DNA of 19,967 nucleotides, taken from the NCBI GenBank assembly GCA_963749495.1, contig CAVVMW010000003.1, positions 1 to 19,967 of the forward strand, given 5' to 3'. Position 1 is the first letter of the stretch; each line of letters starts with the position of its first letter. The position numbers were made by a program, and so were the translations under genes. Origin of the DNA: an uncultured bacterium (GTDB lineage: Bacteria; Verrucomicrobiota; Verrucomicrobiia; Limisphaerales; UBA8199). Below the pieces are notes generated by a model. That model did not search any database, was not told the DNA's origin, and worked only from the letters and a program-made list of their open reading frames with translations. Below are positions 15,481 through 19,967 of this stretch, one piece after another.

Positions 15481-18400
15481 ATGTCTGGCTTTTCCCTTCG
15501 TTACCCGTATCTGATCGTCGTGGTTTGCCTCATCGTGTGCGTGGTCGGCATCACCAGCCTGGTGCGCATGCCGGTGGACCTGTTCCCGGCGATCAAAATC
15601 CCGGTGGTCGTGGTCGCCACGTTCTATTCCGGCATGCCGCCGGAGCAGATCGAGAACGACATCACCGGGCAATTCGAGCGCATGTTTACCCTCGCCTCGG
15701 GGATCAACCACATGGAGTCCCGCTCGCTCACAGGGGTCAGCCTCATCAAGGTCTATTTCCAGCCCGGCTCGAACCCGGATTCGGACGTCACGAGCATTGC
15801 CAATCTGGCCATGGCGAGCCTGCGTTATCTGCCGGCAGGCACTTTGCCGCCGGTGGTGATGAAGTTCGATGCGTCGAGTCTGCCAGTCTGCCTGGTCACC
15901 CTGAAAGGGGAGGGCCTGAGCGAATCGCAACTGCGGGATTACGGGCAATTCACGATTCGCAACCAGATGGCCGTCGTCCCCGGGGCGTCGGTGCCACCGG
16001 CCTTCGGCGGGCGCTACCGCCAGATCATGGTGTACGTGGACCCGCTCAAACTGGAGGCCCACCAGTTGAGCGTGATGGACGTGGTGCGCACGGTCAACGA
16101 GGCCAACCTCATCCTGCCGGCGGGCAACGTGAAGATCGGCCCGTTCGATTACAACGTCTATGCGAACAGCCAAATCAACGCGATGAAGGACATCAACCTG
16201 TTGCCGCTCAAGACAGTGGGTTCGGCCTCGGTGCTGGTGGGGGACGTTGGCCGGGCGGAGGACGCGTCCCAAATCCAGGTCAACAAGGTCCGTGTCAACA
16301 GCCAGGCCTCGGTCTATCTGCCGGTCCTGAAACAGGGTGGAGATGCCAACACCATCGCGGTGGTCAACGGGGTCAAGTCCGTGGTTTCCCATTTGTTGGA
16401 GGTCCCCAAAGAGTTGATCACGGAGGTGGTTTTCGACCAGTCGGTGTTCGTGCGCACGGCCATCGAGAACCTGGTCCATGAAGGGGCCATCGGGCTGGTG
16501 CTGACGGGGGCGATGATCCTGGTCTTTCTCGGCGGCATGCGGGCCACCGCCGCCGTTTTTCTCTCGATCCCGCTCTCGGCCCTGGCCGCGTTCATCGCCT
16601 TGGCGCTTGGCGACAACACGGTCAACGCCATGATCCTTGGGGGCCTGGCCCTGGCCTTCTCCCGGCTGATTGACAACTCGGTGGTGGTGCTCGAGAACAT
16701 CTTCCGCCACTTGGAAATGGGCGAGCCCCCAAGGTCGCGGCCGAACGGGGAGGCCAGGAAGTGGCCTTGCCGGTGCTGGCGGCAACGCTGACCACGGTGG
16801 TGGTCTTCTTCCCGGTGACGTTTCTGTATGGCGTGAGCCGCTTTTTGTTCACGGCGCTGGCGCTGGCGGTGGTGCTGTCCCTGTTTGCCTCCTACTTCGT
16901 CGCGATGTCGGTGGTGCCGTTGTTCTGTGCGAAGCTCATCAAGGCGCACCAGGCACACGCAGGCGGCGAGCAAGCGGCCCCAAAAGGCTTGGGCGGGCGC
17001 TTCAATGCCTGGTTCAACCGCAAGTTCCACCAGATGCTCGACCGCTATGAAGGGGCGGTGAACCTCGCCTTGCTGCGCCCAATCGCCACGGTTGTCGGCA
17101 TCACCGGGTTGTTCGTGCTTAGTTTGGGCCTCTATCCGGCCATCGGCAAGGCCTACTTCCCCCGGACCGATCCGGGCCAGTTCGTCATTAGCCTCAAGGC
17201 TCAATCCGGCACCAAACTGGAACTGACCAACAAGCTGGTGGGGTTGGTGGAGGACGTCGTCCGCGAGGCTGTCCCCAAGAAGGACCTCAAGATCATCGTA
17301 TCGAACATAGGCATCACGCCGGGCTTTTCAGCTATCTTGAACCCGAACTCGGCCCCGCACACGGCTTTCGTGCTGGTGGGGCTCAACGAGGAACGCCGCC
17401 TCGACAGTTTCGCCTACATGAACCTGGTCCGTCAGCGACTCCGGCGCGAGGTGCCGCAGGTGACCGCTTACCTGCAGACCGGCGGATTGGTGGACGCCAT
17501 CCTCAACCAGGGCATGCCCGCCCCGCTCAATATCCAGGTGAGCAGCCCGGACGTGCGGACGGCCCACGCCATCGCCTCGCGCCTGGCGCGGCAAGTGCGC
17601 GCCCTGCCGGGGGTGAGCAACGTGCTGGTGCCGCAGGACGTGGATTATCCGGCGCTGAAAATCAACATCAACCGCGAGCGAGCCAGCGAGCTGGGGCTCA
17701 GCGCCCAGGAAGTCGTGGACAGCTTGATCACCGCGCTGACCTCCAATGGCATGATCGCACCGAGCTATTGGATCGATCCCAAGACCGGCAACAATTATCT
17801 CCTGACGGTCCAGTACCAGGAAGACTATGTGAAAAGCCTCGCCGATCTTGGCTCGATGCCGCTGCGCGCGCCGCACCTCAAAGAGCCGACGCGCCTGGAC
17901 TCGGTCGTCCGCATGACCCGCGTTGCCGCGCCGACGGAGGTGGACCATTACCAGATCCGGCCCACGGTGGACGTGTATGTCGCGCCGACGGGGGAAGATC
18001 TCAGCCGGGTGTATGCGGGCGTGGACAAGATCGTGAAGCAGACGCCACCGGTGCGGGATACGGAAATCAAGGTGCGCGGTTCGGTGCAAGCCATGCGGGC
18101 CTCGTTCCAGAGTTTCGGCTGGGGCCTGTTGCTCTCGACCTTGCTCGTCTATCTGATCCTGGTGGCGCAATTCAAGTCTTGGGTGGACCCGTTCCTGATT
18201 CTGCTGGCGGTGCCGACGGGGCTGACCGGGGTGCTGCTGATGCTGGCCGCCACCGGGACGACGCTCAATGTGATGTCCTTGATGGGCATCGTCATGATGG
18301 TCGGCATTGTCGTTTCCAATAGCATCTTGATCGTCGAATTCACCAACCGGTTGCGCGCGGAAGGGCGTCCCTTGCGGCAGGCCGTCGTCCTGGCGTGCCG

Positions 18401-18665
18401 GGTGCGCTTGCGTCCGGTGCTGATGACCTCGCTGGCCACGCTCATCGGTCTGCTGCCGCTGGCGGCCAAGCTCGGGACAGGCAGCGAAAGCTACGCGCCC
18501 CTGGCCCGCGCCATCATCGGCGGCTTGGCGGTCTCGGTCGTGTTGACCGTGTTCATCGTGCCCTGCGCTTATTACCTGATTTACCGCCGGCTGGAGACCA
18601 CCTCGGCCCAAAAAGACACGCCCCCGGAGGCGGGCGGCTCCCTCGCTTATGACCAAAGCCATTGA
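15481..18665 (+). CDS. RND efflux permease (AcrB family), about 1061 aa, -1 frameshift in the C5 run at 16726-16730
   Basis: MPVDLFP, IDNSVVVLENI (ORF 15481..16791) joins EVALPVLAATLTT...FPRTDPGQF...RLRPVLMTSLAT (ORF 16761..18665) when one C is added. Confidence 0.93.
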
Positions 18666-19948
18666 CCAGTCTGCTGGGCGGTGCTGGCCGGGCTAGCGCT
18701 GAGCAGCGCCGGGGCGGAGGAGTTGCCGCCGCTGACCCTCGAGGAAGCCCACGAAACGGCGCTGCGCAATCATCCGCTCATCAGCGTGGCCGATTTGAAG
18801 ACGCTGGCCTCGCAACAGGTGCTCAAGGAGGTGCGCTCCGGGTTCTTCCCGAACCTCTCCGCCAACGCCGTCGCCGTCGGCACCACCGAGAACAACACGC
18901 GATTGTCGGCGATTGGCGCTCTGAACAACCCGGCCATCTTCGACCGCGAAGCCCAAGGATTGGTCATCAGCCAACTCATCACCGACTTTGGCCGCACGGC
19001 AAATTTGACGGGCAGCGCCAAACTGCGGGCCCAGGCAGCGGCCAACAGCGCCCAGGCGACGCGCGAACAAATCCTGCTGGCGGTTGACGGCGCCTTTTAC
19101 TCCGCCCAACAAGCCCAGGCGGTGACGCAGGTGGCTCGGCAGACAGTGACCGCCCGGCAGGTGTTCTTGAGGAAGTCACGGCGCTGGTGAGTAAAGGGGT
19201 GAAATCGGACCTGGATCTCAGCTTCGCCAAGGTCGATCTGGAAGATGCCAGGCTGCTGCTCAGCAAGGCGCAGAACGACCTGGACGCCGCCTTTGCGCAA
19301 CTCTCCAATCTGCTCGGACTGCGGGAAAGCAGGGCCTACCACCTGGTGAAGGAACCGATACCGCCCGGAAGTCGCGACTCAACGTGGCCGACTTCGTCGA
19401 GCAGGCCCTGAGCTACCGGCCCGACCTGCTCAGCCTGCGCAACCAGCGGGAAGCCGCCTTGAACGAGGGCCGGGCCGAACGGGATGCGCGCTTTCCGACC
19501 GTCGCCGCGGTGGGCAGCGCCGGCCTCGCCCCGATTCGCGATTCAGCTTTGCCGGACAACTATGCCGCCGCGGGCGTCATCGTGAGCCTGCCCCTCTTCG
19601 CCGGCGGCTATTACACCGCCCGGCAAAGGGAAGCCGAGCTCCAGGCGCGGGCGGCGGCGGAGAGTCTGCGCGATCTAGAAAACAACGTGATTCGCGACGT
19701 GCGCATTACCTGGCTCAACGCGCAAAACGCCTTCGACCGGTATCGGATCACCGGCCAACTCCTCGAGAACGCCCGGCAGTCATATACCCTTGCGGACGCA
19801 CGCTACAAAAGCGGGCTGCAGCTCCATCGTTGAATTCAACCAGGCGGAACTCAATCTGGTCTCCGCGCAAATCGCGTGTGCGAATACCCAATACGAATAC
19901 ATGGTTCAGCGGTCCGCGCTGAGCTATCAAACTGGCGCGCTGCGCTAA
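18662..19948 (+). CDS. TolC-family outer membrane efflux protein, several frameshifts (about 18677, 19167, 19367-19380, 19819)
   Basis: LTLEEAHETALRNHP, RSGFFPNL, QLITDFGR; KSDLDLSFA; ALSYRPDL, SLPLFAGG; ARYKSGL/SSIVEFNQAELN...YQTGALR* (TAA 19946-19948). Start uncertain: 18649 or 18662. Confidence 0.88.
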
Positions 19949-19967
19949 ATCGGCACAATCCCAAAGG

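Noticed and set aside
16720..16735. Programmed frameshift or phase variation at the C5 run
   Set aside because: The run is short, there is no slippery heptamer, and indels are scattered across the whole window.
14734..18662. Long antisense ORFs (683, 296 and 444 aa) and similar shadow ORFs over 1047-6558
   Set aside because: They lie opposite clear RND, MFP and TolC genes and have no motifs; such ORFs are expected in high-GC coding DNA.
11218..18665. Assigning cusRS/czcRS and cusA/czcA gene symbols
   Set aside because: Only family-level similarity is visible. The permease lacks recognisable CusA/CzcA signatures, so the substrate cannot be called.

Overview
GC-rich bacterial window. The gene style suggests Verrucomicrobiota (Pedosphaera-like), but that is inference only. 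Two divergent tripartite RND efflux operons flank a central accessory block. Left operon (minus strand): DUF6132-like CxxGxCP membrane peptide, DUF2892/YgaP-like protein, TolC, MFP, RND permease, a relic of a second DUF6132-like gene, and an ICMT/PEMT-family methyltransferase. Centre: two convergent paralogous uncharacterised lipoproteins, a stand-alone CBM48/AMPK-type glycogen-binding protein, and an orphan zinc (HxxxCxxC) anti-sigma gene coupled to a class I SAM methyltransferase. Right operon (plus strand): OmpR-family regulator, sensor kinase, MFP, RraA-family protein, RND permease, TolC. Many genes carry single-base frameshifts, most likely long-read errors. The most notable signals are non-coding: (i) both lipoprotein genes have a sigma54 -24/-12 promoter with a shared 38-bp enhancer-like block exactly 76 bp upstream; (ii) a GTAAC-N17-CTCA ECF-type promoter precedes both the anti-sigma operon and the left RND operon; (iii) a TNATGAACG motif occurs in both divergent intergenic regions; (iv) a REP-like palindrome sits in frame inside the left RND permease.
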